Of a DNA stretch of 64,000 nt, positions 1-15,145 are shown piece after piece. Below the pieces are notes generated by a model. The model was not told the origin of the DNA, made no database searches, and saw nothing but the letters and a program-made list of their open reading frames with translations. The stretch lies in the NCBI GenBank assembly GCA_053919585.1, contig CM132796.1; one strand, given 5' to 3'. Source of the stretch: Euprymna scolopes (Eukaryota). Every line of letters begins with the position of its first letter. Positions within the stretch are counted from its first letter, which is position 1. The position numbers and the translations under genes are program-made.

Positions 1-3000
1 ATACATATATTATGAATGTAAGTAGAGCTATCTTACAATCCATATATTATGAATGTTAGTAGAGCTATCTTACAATCCATATATTATGAATGTTAATAGA
101 GCTATCTTACCATCAAAATATTATGAATGTTAGTAGAGCTATCTTACGATCCATATATTAATAATGTTAATAGAGCTATCTTACAATCCATATATTATGA
201 ATGTTAGTAGAGATATCTTACAATCCATATATTATGAATGTTAGTAGAGCTATCTAACAATCCATGTATTATGAATGTTAATAGAGCTATCTTACAATCA
301 ATATATTATGAATTTTAATAGAGCTATCTTACAATCCATATATTATGAATGTTAGTAGAGCTATCTTACCATCCATATATTATGACTGTTAGTAGAGCTA
401 TCTTACAATCCATATATTATGAATGTTAGTAGAGCTATCTTACCATCCATATATTATGAATGTTACTAGAGTTATCTTACCATCCAAATATTATGGATGT
501 TAGTAGAGCTATCTTACCATCCATATATTATGAATGTTAGTAGAGATATCTTACCATCCAAATATTATGAATGTTAGTAGAGCTATCTTACTATCGATAT
601 ATTATGAATGTTAGTAGAGTTATCTTACCATCCAAATATCATGAATGTAAGTAGAGCTATCTTACCATCCATATATTATGAATGTTAGTAGAGCTATCTT
701 ACCATCCATATATTATGAATGTTAGTAGAGCTATCTTACCATCAATATATTATGAATTTTAGTAGAGCTATCTTACCACCCATATATTATGAATGTTAGT
801 AGAGCTATCTTACTATCCATATATTATGAATGTTAGTAGAGTTATCTTATCATCCATATATTATGAATGTTAGTAGAGCTATCTTTTCATCCATATATTA
901 AGAATGTTAGAAGAGCTAACTTATAATCCATATATTATAAACGTTAGTAGAGCTATCTTACCATCCTTATATTATGAATGTAAGTAGAGATATCTTACCA
1001 TCCATATATTATGAATGTTAGAAGAGCTATCTTACCATCCAAATATTATGAATGTTAATAGAGCTATCTTACCATCCATATATTATGAATGTTAGTAGAG
1101 CTATCTTACGATCCATATATTATGAATGTTTTTAGAGCTATCTTACAATCCATATATTATGAATGTTAGTAGAGCTATCTTACAATCCATATGGTATGAA
1201 TGTTAATAGAGCTATCTTACAATCCATATATTATGAATGTTAGTAAAGCTATCTTACCATCCATATATTATAAATGTTAATAGAGCTATCTTACAATCGA
1301 TATATTATGAATGTTAGTAGATCTATCTTACAATCCATATATTATGAATGTTAATAGAGCTATCTTACCATACATATATTATGAATGTTAGTAGAGCTAT
1401 CTTACAATCCATATATTATGAATGTTAGTAGGGCTAGCTTACCATCCATATATTATGAATGTTAATAGAGCTATCTTACAATCCATATATTATGAATGTT
1501 AGTAGAGCTATCTTACAATCAATATATTATGAATGTTAGTAGAGCTATCTTACCATCCATATATTATAAATGTTACTAGAGCTATCTTACCATCCATATA
1601 TTATGAATGTTAGTAGAGCTATCTTACCATCCATATATTATGAATGTTAGTAGAGTTATCTTACCATCCATATCTTATGAATGTTAGTAGAGCTATTTTA
1701 CCATCAATATATTATGAATGTTAGTAGAGCTATCTTACCATCCATATTGTATGAATGTTAATAGAGCTATCTTACAATCCATATATTATGAATGGTAGTA
1801 GAGCTATCTTACCATCCATATATTATGAATGTTAGTAGAGCTATCTTACCATCCATATATTATGAATGTTACTAGAGTTATCTTACCATCCATATCTTAT
1901 GAATGTTAGTAGAGCTATCTTACCATCCATATATTATGAATGTTAGTAGAGCTATCTTACAATCCAAATATTATGAATGTTAGTTGAGATACTTACCATC
2001 CAAATATTATGAATGTTTATAGAGCTATCTTACCATCCATATATTATGAATGTTAGTAGAGCTATCTTACGATCAAAATATTATGAATGTTAGTAGAGCT
2101 ATCTTACAATCCATATATTATGAATGTCAGTAGAGCTATCTTACAATCCATATATTATTAATGTTAATAGAGCTATCTTACAATCCATATATTATGAATG
2201 TTAGTAGAGCTATCTTACCATCCATATATTATGAATGTTAATAGAGCTATCTTACCATACATATATTATGAATGTTAGTAAAGCTATTTTACAATCAATA
2301 TATTACGAATGTTAATAGAACTATATTACCATACATATATTATGAATGTAAGTAGAGCTATCTTACAATCAATATATTATGAATGTTAGTAGAGCTATCT
2401 TACAATCCATATATTATGAATGTTAATAGAGCTATCTTACCATCAAAATATTATGAATGTTAGTAGAGCTATCTTACGATCCATATATTAATAATGTTAA
2501 TAGAGCTATCTTACAATCCATATATTATGAATGTTAGTAGAGATATCTTACAATCCATATATTATGAATGTTAGTAGAGCTATCTTACAATCCATGTATA
2601 AGGAATGTTTGTAGAGCTATCTTACAATCAATATATTATGAATTTTAATAGAGCTATCTTACAATCCATATATTATGAATGTTAGTAGAGCTATCTTACC
2701 ATCCATATATTATGACTGTTAGTAGAGCTATCTTACAATCCATATATTATGAATGTTAGTAGAGCTATCTTACAATACATATATTATGAATGTTAATAGA
2801 GCTATATTAATATACATATATTATGAATGTTAGTAGAGCTATCTAACAATCTATATATTATGAATGTTAGTAGAGCTATCTTACCATCCATATATTATGA
2901 ATGTTAATAGAGCTATCTTACCATCCATATATTATGAATGTTAGTAGAGCTATCTTACAATCCAAATATTATGAATGTTAGTAGAGATACTTACCATCCA

Positions 3001-5260
3001 AATATTATGAATGTTTATAGAGCTATCTTACCATCCATATATTATGAATGTTAGTAGAGCTATCTTACGATCAAAATATTATGAATGTAAGTAGAGCTAT
3101 CTTACAATCCATATATTATGAATGTCAGTAGAGCTATCTTACAATCCATATATTATTAATGTTAATAGAGCTATCTTACAATCCATATATTATGAATGTT
3201 AGTAGAGCTATCTTACCATCCATATATTATGAATGTTAATAGAGCTATCTTACCATACATATATTATGAATGTTAGTAGAGCTATCTTACAATCAATATA
3301 TTACGAATGTTAATAGAACTATCTTACCATACATATATTATGAATGTAAGTAGAGCTATCTTACAATCCATATATTATGAATGTTAGTAGAGCTATCTTA
3401 CAATCCATATCTTATGAATGTTAATAGAGATATCTTACCATCAAAATATTATGAATGTTAGTAGAGCTATCTTACGATCCATATATTAATAATGTTAATA
3501 GAGCTATCTTACAATCCATATATTATGAATGTTAGTAGAGATATCTTACAATCCATATATTATGAATGTTAGTAGAGCTATCTTACAATCCATGTATTAT
3601 GAATGTTAATAGAGCTATCTTACAATCAATATATTATGAATTTTAATAGAGCTATCTTACAATCCATGTATTATGAATGTTACTAGAGCTATCTTACCAT
3701 CCATTGATTATGACTGTTAGTAGAGCTATCTTACAATCCATATATTATGAATGTTAGTAGAGCTATCTTACCATCCATATATTATGAATGTTATTAGAGT
3801 TATCTTACCATCCAAATATTATGGATGTTAGTAGAGCTATCTTACCATCCATATATTATGAATGTTAGTAGAGATATCTTACCATCCAAATATTATGAAT
3901 GTTAGTAGAGCTATGTTACTATCGATATATTATGAATGTTAGTAGAGTTATCTTACCATCCAAATATCATGAATGTTAGTAGAGCTATCTTACCATCCAT
4001 ATATTATGAATGTTAGTAGAGCTATCTTACCATCCATATATTATGAATGTTAGTAGAGCTATCTTACCATCAATATATTATGAATTTTAGTAGAGCTATC
4101 TTACCATCCATATATTATGAATGTTAGTAGAGCTATCTTACTATCCATATATTATGAATGTTAGTAGAGTTATCTTACCATCCATATATTATGAATGTTA
4201 GTAGAGCTATCTTTCCATCCATATATTAAGAATGTTAGAAGAGCTAACTTATCATCCATATATTATGAACGTTAGTAAGGCTATCTTACCATCCTTATAT
4301 TATGAATGTAAGTAGAGATATCTTACCATCCATATATTATGAATGTTAGAAGAGCTATCTTACCATCCAAATATTATGAATGTTAATAGAGCTATCTTAC
4401 CATCAATATATTATGAATGTTAGTAGAGCTATCTTACGATCCATATATTATGAATGTTTTTAGAGCTATCTTACAATCCATATATTATGAATGTTAGTAG
4501 AGCTATCTTACAATCCATATGTTATGAATGTTAATAGAGCTATCTTACAATCAATATATTATGAATGTTAGTAAAGCTATCTTACCATCCATATATTATA
4601 AATGTTAATAGAGCTATCTTACAATCCATATATTATGAATGTTAGTAGATCTATCTAACAATCCATATATTATGAATGTTAATAGAGCTATCTTACCATA
4701 CATATATTATGAATGTTAGTAGAGCTATCTTACAATCCATATATTATGAATGTTAGTAGGGCTAGCTTACCATCCATATATTATGAATGTTAATAGAGCT
4801 ATCTTACAATCCATATATTATGAATGTTAGTAGAGCTATCTTACAATCAATATATTATGAATGTTAGTAGAGCTATCTTACCATCCATATATTATGAATG
4901 GTACTAGAGCAATCTTACCATCCATATATTATGAATGTTAGTAGAGCTATCTTACCATCCATATATTATGAATGTTAGTAGAGTTATCTTACCATCCATA
5001 TCTTATGAATGTTAGTAGAGCTATTTTACCATCAATATATTATGAATGTTAGTAGAGCAATCTTACCATCCATATAGTATGAATGTTAATAGAGCTATCT
5101 TACAATCCATATATTATGAATGGTAGTAGAGCTATCTTACCATCCATATATTATGAATGTTAGTAGAGCTATCTTACCATCCATATATTATGAATGTTAC
5201 TAGAGTTATCTTACCATCCATATCTTATGAATGTTAGTAGAGCTATCTTACCATCCATAT
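1..5260 (+). repeat. Higher-order repeat region, family A: ~63-monomer (2,330 bp) unit; 1-~1,930 is repeated at ~3,329-5,260
   Basis: The ATAATG marker is at 161, 2,491 (+2,330 = 63x37-1) and 3,489 (+998 = 27x37-1). GGGCTAGC is at 1,431 and 4,759 (+3,328 = 90x37-2). Confidence 0.85.
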
Positions 5261-5691
5261 ATTATGAATATTAGAAGAGCTATCTTACAATCCATATATT
5301 ATGAATGTTAGTAGAGCTATCTTACCATCCATATATATTGAATTTTATTAGAGCTATCTTACCATCCAAATATTATGAATGTTAATAGAGCTATCTTACT
5401 ATACATATATTATGAATGTTAGTAGAGCTATCTTACCATCCATATATTATGAATGTTAGTAGAGCTATCTTACAATCCATATATTATGAATGTTAGTAGA
5501 GCTATCTTACCATACATATATTATGAATGTTAGTAGAGCTATCTTACCATCCATATATTATGAATGTTAGTAGAGCTATCTTACCATACATATATTATGA
5601 ATGTCAGTAGAGCTATCTTACCATCCATATATTATGAATGTTAATAGAGCTATCTTACCATCCATATATTATGAATTTTAGTAGCGCTATC

Positions 5692-5716
5692 TGGTAAGAT
5701 AGCTCTACTAACATTC
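5692..5716 (-). repeat. Inverted 25-bp fragment of the satellite monomer inserted in the array
   Basis: TGGTAAGATAGCTCTACTAACATTC is the exact reverse complement of consensus GAATGTTAGTAGAGCTATCTTACCA. The monomer starting at 5,660 is 54 bp long (37+17). Confidence 0.97.
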
Positions 5717-8700
5717 CAAATATTATGAATGTTAATAGAGCTATCTTAGGATACATATATTATGAATGTTAATAGAGCTATCTTACCATCACATTTATTA
5801 TGAATGTTAATAGAGCTATCTTACAATCCATATATTATGAATGTTAGTAGAGCTATTTTACCATCCATATATTATGAATGTTAGTAGAGCTATCTTACCA
5901 TCCAAATATAATGAATGTTAGTAGGGCTATCTTACCATAGATATATTATGAATGTTAATAGAGCTATCTTACCATCCATATATTATGAATGTTAGTAGAG
6001 CTATCTTACAATCCATATATTATGAATGTTAGTAGAGCTATCTTACCACCTATATATTATGAATGTTAATAGAGCTATCTTACAATCCATATATTATGAA
6101 TGTTAGTAGAGCTATCTTACAATACATATATTATGAATGTTAATAGAGCTATCTTACCATACATATATTATGAATGTTAGTAGAGCTATCTTACAATCTA
6201 TATATTATGAATGTTAGTAGAGCTATCTTACCATCCATATATTATGAATGTTAATAGAGCTATCTTACCATCCATATATTATGAATGTTAGTAGAGCTAT
6301 CTTACAATCCAAATATTATGAATGTTAGTAGAGATACTTACCATCCAAATATTATGAATGTTTATAGAGCTATCTTACCATCCATATATTATGAATGTTA
6401 GTAGAGCTATCTTACGATCAAAATATTATGAATGTTAGTAGAGCTATCTTACAATCCATATATTATGAATGTCAGTAGAGCTATCTTACAATCCATATAT
6501 TATTAATGTTAATAGAGCTATCTTACAATCCATATATTATGAATGTTAGTAGAGCTATCTTACCATCCATATATTATGAATGTTAATAGAGCTATCTTAC
6601 CATACATATATTATGAATGTTAGTAGAGCTATCTTACAATCAATATATTACGAATGTTAATAGAACTATCTTACCATACATATATTGTGAATGTAAGTAG
6701 AGCTATCTTACAATCCATATATTATGAATGTTAGTAGAGCTATCTTACAATCCATATATTATGAATGTTAGTAGAGCTATCTTACCATCAAAATATTATG
6801 AATGTTAGTAGAGCTATCTTACCATCCATATATTATGAATGTTAGTAGAGCTATCTTACCATCCATATCTTATGAATGTTAGTAGAGCTATCTTACCATC
6901 CATATATTATGAATGTTAGTAGAGCTATCTTACAATCCAAATATTATGAATGTTAGTAGAGATACTTACTATCCAAATATTATGAATGTTAATAGAGCTA
7001 TCTTACCATCCATATATTATGAATGTTAGTAGAGCTATCTTACGATCAAAATATTATGAATGTTAGTAGAGCTATCTTACAATCCATATATTATGAATGT
7101 CAGTAGAGCTATCTTACAATCCATATATTATTAATGTTAATAGAGCTATCTTACAATCCATATATTATGAATGTTAGTAGAGCTATCTTACCATCCATAT
7201 ATTATGAATGTTAATAGAGCTATCTTACCATACATATATTATGAATGTTAGTAGAGCTTTCTTACAATCAATATATTACGAATGTTAATAGAACTATCTT
7301 ACCATACATATATTATGAATGTAAGTAGAGCTATCTTACAATCCATATATTATGAATGTTAGTAGAGCTATCTTACAATCCATATATTATGAATGTTAAT
7401 AGAGCTATCTTACCATCAAAATATTATGAATGTTAGTAGAGCTATCTTACGATCCATATATTAATAATGTTAATAGAGCTATCTTACAATCCATATATTA
7501 TGAATGTTAGTAGAGATATCTTACAATCCATATATTATGAATGTTAGTAGAGCTATCTTACAATCCATGTATTATGAATGTTTGTAGAGCTATCTTACAA
7601 TCAATATATTATGAATTTTAATAGAGCTATCTTACAATCCATATATTATGAATGTTAGTAGAGCTATCTTACCATCCATATATTATGACTGTTAGTAGAG
7701 CTATCTTAAAATCCATATATTATGAATGTTAGTAGAGCTATCTTACCATCCATATATTATGAATGTTAGTAGAGTTATCTTACCATCCAAATATTATGGA
7801 TGTTAGTAGAGCTATCTTACCATCCATATATTATGAATGTTTGTAGAGATATCTTACCATCCAAATATTATGAATGTTAGTAGAGCTATCTTACAATCCA
7901 TATATTATGAATGTTACTAGAGTTATCTTACCATCCATATCTTATGAATGTTAGTAGAGCTATCTTACCATCCATATATTATGAATGTTAGTAGAGTTAT
8001 CTTACAATCCAAATATTATGAATGTTAGTAGAGATACTTACCATCCAAATATTATGAATGTTTATAGAGCTATCTTACCATCCATATATTATGAATGTTA
8101 GTAGAGCTATCTTACGATCAAAATATTATGAATGTTAGTAGAGCTATCTTACAATCCATATATTATGAATGTCAGTAGAGCTATCTTACAATCCATATAT
8201 TATTAATGTTAATAGAGCTATCTTACAATCCATATATTATGAATGTTAGTAGAGCTATCTTACCATCCATATATTATGAATGTTAATAGAGCTATCTTAC
8301 CATACATATATTATGAATGTTAGTAGAGCTTTCTTACAATCAATATATTACGAATGTTAATAGAACTATCTTACCATACATATATTATGAATGTAAGTAG
8401 AGCTATCTTACAATCCATATATTATGAATGTTAGAAGAGCTATCTTACAATCCATATATTATGAATGTTAATAGAGCTATCTTACCATCAAAATATTATG
8501 AATGTTAGTAGAGCTATCTTACGATCCATATATTAATAATGTTAATAGAGCTATCTTACAATCCATATATTATGAATGTTAGTAGAGATATCTTACAATC
8601 CATATATTATGAATGTTAGTAGAGCTATCTTACAATCCATGTATTATGAATGTTTGTAGAGCTATCTTACAATCAATATATTATGAATTTTAATAGAGCT

Positions 8701-11700
8701 ATCTTACAATCCATATATTATGAATGTTAGTAGAGCTATCTTACCATCCATATATTATGACTGTTAGTAGAGCTATCTTACGATCCATATATTATGAATG
8801 TTAGTAGAGCTATCTTACCATCCATATATTATGAATGTTAGTAGAGTTATCTTACCATCCAAATATTATGGATGTTAGTAGAGCTATCTTACCATCCATA
8901 TATTATGAATGTTTGTAGAGAAATCTTACTATCCAAATATTATGAATGTTAGTAGAGCTATCTTACTATCGATATATTATGAATGTTAGTAGAGTTATCT
9001 TACCATCCAAATATCATGAATTTTAGTAGAGCTATCTTACCATCCATATATTATGAATGTTAGTAGAGCTATCTTACCATCCATATATTATGAATGTTAG
9101 TAGAGCTATCTTACCATCAATATATTATGAATTTTAGTAGAGCTATCTTACCATCCATATATTATGAATGTTAGTAGAGCTATCTTACTATCCATATATT
9201 ATGAATGTTAGTAGAGTTATCTTACCATCCATATATTATGAATGTTAGTAGAGCTATCTTTCCATCCATATATTAAGAATGTTAGAAGAGCTAACTTATC
9301 ATCCATATATTATGAACGTTAGTAGAGCTATCTTACCATCCTTATATTATGAATGTAAGTAGAGATATCTTACCATCCATATATTATGAATGTTAGAAGA
9401 GCTATCTTACCATCCAAATATTATGAATGTTAATAGAGCTATCTTACCATCCATATATTATGAATGTTATCAGAGCTATCTTACGATCCATATATTATGA
9501 ATGTTTTTAGAGCTATCTTACAATCCATATATTATGAATGTTAGTAGAGCTATCTTACAATCCATATGTTATGAATGTTAATAGAGCTATCTTACAATCC
9601 ATATATTATGAATGTTAGTAAAGCTATCTTACCATCCATATATTATAAATGTTAATAGAGCTATCTTACAATCCATATATTATGAATGTTAGTAGATCTA
9701 TCTTACAATCATTATATTATGAATGTTAATAGAGCTATCTTACCATACATATATTATGAATGTTAGTAGAGCTATCTTACAATCCATATATTATGAATGT
9801 TAGTAGGGCTAGCTTACCATCCATATATTATGAATGTTAATAGAGCTATCTTACAATCCATATATTATGAATGTTAGTAGAGCTATCTTACAATCAATAT
9901 ATTATGAATGTTAGTAGAGCTATCTTACCATCCATATATTATGAATGTTACTAGAGCTATCTTACCATCCATATATTATGAATGTTAGTAGAGCTATCTT
10001 ACCATCCATATATTATGAATGTTAGTAGAGTTATCTTACCATCCATATCTTATGAATGTTAGTAGAGCTATTTTACCATCAATATATTATGAATGTTAGT
10101 AGAGCTATCTAACCATCCATATTGTATGAATGTTAATAGAGCTATCTTACAATCCATATATTATGAATGTTAGTAGAGCTATCTTACCATCCATATATTA
10201 TGAATGTTAGTAGAGCTATCTTACCATCCATATATTATGAATGTTACTTGAGTTATCTTACCATCCATATCTTATGAATGTTAGTAGAGCTATTTTACCA
10301 TCGATATATTAAGAATGTTAGTAGAGCTATCTTATCATCAATATATTATGAATGTTAGTAGAGCTATCTTACCATCCTTATATTATGAATGTTAGTAGAG
10401 ATATCTTACAAGCCATATATTATTAATGTTAGAAGAGCTATCTTACCATCGAAATATTATGAATGTTAATAGAGCTATCTTACCATCAATATATTATGAA
10501 TGTTAGTAGAGCTATCTTACGATCCATATATTATAAATGTTAGTAGAGCTACCTTACGATCCATATATTATGAATGTCAGTAGAGCTATCTTACAATCCA
10601 TATGTTATGAATGTTAACAGAGCTATCTTACAATCCTTATATTATGAACGTTAGTAGAGTTATTTTACCATCCATATATTATGAATGTTAGTAGAGCTAT
10701 CTTACGATCCCTATATTATGACTGTTAGTAGAGTTATCTTACAATCACTATACTATGAATGTCAGTAGAGCTATCTTACAATCCATATATTATGAATGTA
10801 AGTAGAGCTATCTTACCATCCATATATTATGAATGTTAGTAGAGTTATCTTACCATCCAAATATTATGAATGTTTGTAGAACTATCTTACCATCCATATG
10901 TTATGAATGTTAGTAGAGCTATCTTACAATCCATATATTATGAATGTTAATAGAGCTATCTTACAATCCATATATTATGAATGATAGTAGAGCTATCTTA
11001 CAATCCATATATTATGAATGTTAATAGAGCTATCTTACAATCCATATATTATGAATGTTACTAGAGCTATCTTACAATCCATATATTATGAATGTTAATA
11101 GAGTCATCTTACAATCCAAATATTATGACTGTTAGTAGAGCTATCTTACCATCCAAATATTATAAATGTTAGTAGAGCTATCTTACAATCCGTATATTAT
11201 GAATGTTAGTAGAGCTTTCTTACCATCCATATATTATGAATGTTAGTAGAGTTATCTTACTATCCAAATATTATGAATTTTAGTAGAGCTATCTTACCAT
11301 CCATATATTATGAATGTTAGTAGAGTTATCTTACCATCCAAATATTATGAATGTTAGAAGAGCTATCTTACAATCCATATATTATGAATGTTAGTAGAGT
11401 TATCTTACGATCCAAATATTATGAATGTTAGTAGAGCTATCTTACAATCCATATATTATGAATGTTAGTAGAGTTATCTTACAATCCATATATTATGAAT
11501 GTTAGTAGAGCTATCTTTCCATCCATATATTAAGAATGTTAGAAGAGCTAACTTATCATCCATATATTATGAACGTTAGTAGAGCTATCTTACCATCCTT
11601 ATATTATGAATGTAAGTAGAGATATCTTACCATCCATATATTATGAATGTTAGAGGAGCTATCTTACCATCCAAATATTATGAATGTTAATAGAGCAATC

Positions 11701-14700
11701 TTACCATCCATATATTATGAATGTTAGTAGAGCTATCTTACGATCCATATATTATGAATGTTTTTAGAGCTATCTTACAATCCATATATTATGAATGTTA
11801 GTAGAGCTATCTTACAATCGATATGTTATGAATGTTAATAGAGCTATCTTACAATCAATATATTATGAATGTTAGTAAAGCTATCTTACCATCCATATAT
11901 TATAAATGTTAATAGAGCTATCTTACAATCCATATATTATGAATGTTAGTAGATCTATCTTACAATCCATATATTATGAATGTTAATAGAGCTATCTTAC
12001 CATACATATATTATGAATGTTAGTAGAGCTATCTTACAATCCATATAATATGAATGTTAGTAGGGCTAGCTTACCATCCATATATTATGAATGTTAATAG
12101 AGCTATCTTACAATCCATATATTATGAATGTTAGTAGAGCTATCTTACAATCAATATATTATGAATGTTAGTAGAGCTATCTTACCATCCATATATTATG
12201 AATGTTACTAGAGCTATCTTACCATCCATATATTATGAATGTTAGGAGAGCTATCTTACCATCCATATATTATGAATGTTAGTAGAGTTATCTTACCATC
12301 CATATTTTATGAATGTTAGTAGAGCTTTTTTACCATCAATATATTATGAATGTTAGTAGAGCTATCTTACCATCCATATTGTATGAATGTTAATAGAGCT
12401 ATCTTACAATCCATATATTATGAATGGTAGTAGAGCTATCTTACCATCCATATATTATGAATGTTAGTAGAGCTATCTTACCATCCATATATTATGAATG
12501 TTACTAGAGTTATCTTACCCTCCATATCTTATGAATGTTAGTAGAGCTATCTTACAATCCAAATATTATGAATGTTAGTAGAGATACTTACCATCCAAAT
12601 ATTAAGGAAGTTTTATAGAGCTATCTTACCATCCATATATTATGAATGTTAGTAGAGCTATCTTACGATCAAAATATTATGAATGTTAGTAGAGCTATCT
12701 TACAATCCATATATTATGAATGTCAGTAGAGCTATCTTAAATCCATATATTATTAATGTTAATAGAGCTATCTTACAATCCATATATTATGAATGTTAGT
12801 AGAGCTATCTTACCATCCATATATTATGAATGTTAATAGAGCTATCTTACCATACATATATTATGAATGTTAGTAGAGCTATCTTACAATCAATATATTA
12901 CGAATGTTAATAGAACTATCTTACAATACATATATTATGAATGTAAGTAGAGCTATCTTACAATCCATATATTATGAATGTTAGTAGAGCTATCTTACAA
13001 TCCATATATTATGAATGTTAATAGAGCTATCTTACCATCAAAATATTATGAATGTTAGTAGAGCTATCTTACGATCCATATATTAATAATGTTAATAGAG
13101 CTATCTTACAATCCATATATTATGAATGTTAGTAGAGATATCTTACAATCCATATATTATGAATGTTAGTAGAGCTATCTTACAATCCATGTATTATGAA
13201 TGTTTGTAGAGCTATCTTACAATCAATATATTATGAATTTTAATAGAGCTATCTTACAATCCATATATTATGAATGTTAGTAGAGCTATCTTACCATCCA
13301 TATATTATGACTGTTAGTAGAGCTATCTTAAAATCCATATATTATGAATGTTAGTAGAGCTATCTTACCATCCATATATTATGAATGTTAGTAGAGTTAT
13401 CTTACCATCCAAATATTATGGATGTTAGTAGAGCTATCTTACCATCCATATATTATGAATGTTTGTAGAGATATCTTACCATCCAAATATTATGAATGTT
13501 AGTAGAGCTATCTTACTATCGATATATTATGAATGTTAGTAGAGTTATCTTACCATCCAAATATCATGAATGTTAGTAGAGCTATCTTACCATCCATATA
13601 TTATGAATGTTAGTAGAGCTATCTTACCATCCATATATTATGAATGTTAGTAGAGCTATCTTACCATCAATATATTATGAATTTTAGTAGAGCTATCTTA
13701 CCATCCATATATTATGAATGTTAGTAGAGCTATCTTACTATCAATATATTATGAATGTTAGTAGAGTTATCTTACCATCCATATATTATGAATGTTAGTA
13801 GAGCTATCTTTCAATCCATATATTAAGAATGTTAGAAGAGCTAACTTATCATCCATATATTATGAACGTAAGTAGAGCTATCTTACCATCCTTATATTAT
13901 GAATGTAAGTAGAGATATCTTACCATCAATATATTATGAATGTTAGAAGAGCTATCTTACCATCCAAATATTATGAATGTTAATAGAGCTATCTTACCAT
14001 CAATATATTATGAATGTTATCAGAGCTATCTTACGATCCATATATTATGAATGTTTTTAGAGCTATCTTACAATCCATATATTATGAATGTAAGTAGAGC
14101 TATCTTACAATCCATATGTTATGAATGTTAATAGAGCTATCTTACAATCCATATATTATGAATGTTAGTAAAGCTATCTTACCATCCATATATTATAAAT
14201 GTTTATAGAGTTATCTTACAATCCATATATTATGAATGTTAGTAGATCTATCTTACAATCCATATATTATGAATGTTAATAGAGCTATCTTACCATACAT
14301 ATATTATGAATGTTAGTAGAGCTATCTTACAATCCATATATTATGAATGTTAGTAGGGCTAGCTTACCATCCATATATTATGAATGTTAATAGAGCTATC
14401 TTACAATCCCTATATTATGAATGTTAGTAGAGCTATCTTACAATCAATATATTATGAATGTTAGTAGAGCTATCTTACCATCCATATATTATGAATGTTA
14501 CTAGAGCTATCTTACCATCCATATATTATGAATGTTAGTAGAGCTATCTTACCATCCATATATTATGAATATTAGTAGAGTTATGTTACCATCCATATCT
14601 TATGAATGTTAGTAGAGCTATTTTACCATCAATATATTATGAATGTTAGTAGAGCTATCTTACCATCCATATTGTATGAATGTTAATAGAGCTATCTTAC

Positions 14701-15145
14701 AATCCATATATTATGAATGTTAGTAGAGCTATCTTACCATCCATATATTATGAATGTTAGTAGAGCTATCTTACCATCCATATATTATGAATGTTACTAG
14801 AGTTATCTTACCATCCATATCTTATGAATGTTAGTAGAGCTATTTTACCATCGATATATTAAGAATGTTAGTAGAGCTATCTTATCATCAATATATTATG
14901 AATGTTAGTAGAGCTATCTTTCCATCCTTCTATTATGAATGTTAGTAGAGATATCTTACCAGCCATATATTATTAATGTTAGAAGAACTATCTTACCATC
15001 GGAATATTATGAATGTTAATAGAGCTATCTTACCATCAATATATTATAAATGTTAGTAGAGCTATCTTACGATCCATATATTATAAATGTTAGTAGAGCT
15101 ACCTTACGATCCATATATTATGAATGTCAGTAGAGCTATCTTACA

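Noticed and set aside
49-96. Repeated micro-ORF ATG AAT GTT AGT AGA GCT ATC TTA ... TAG (MNVSRAIL(P/Q)SIYYEC), or a repetitive protein gene
   Set aside because: 37 is not a multiple of 3. The monomer has TGA and TAG on the + strand and TAA/TAG on the - strand, so all six frames close within three monomers. The 15-codon ORF is a by-product of the repeat.
5673-5716. Hairpin as a terminator, miRNA precursor or MITE terminal inverted repeat
   Set aside because: It is made entirely of satellite sequence. There is no U-tract, target-site duplication or internal unique sequence. It is explained by the inverted fragment.
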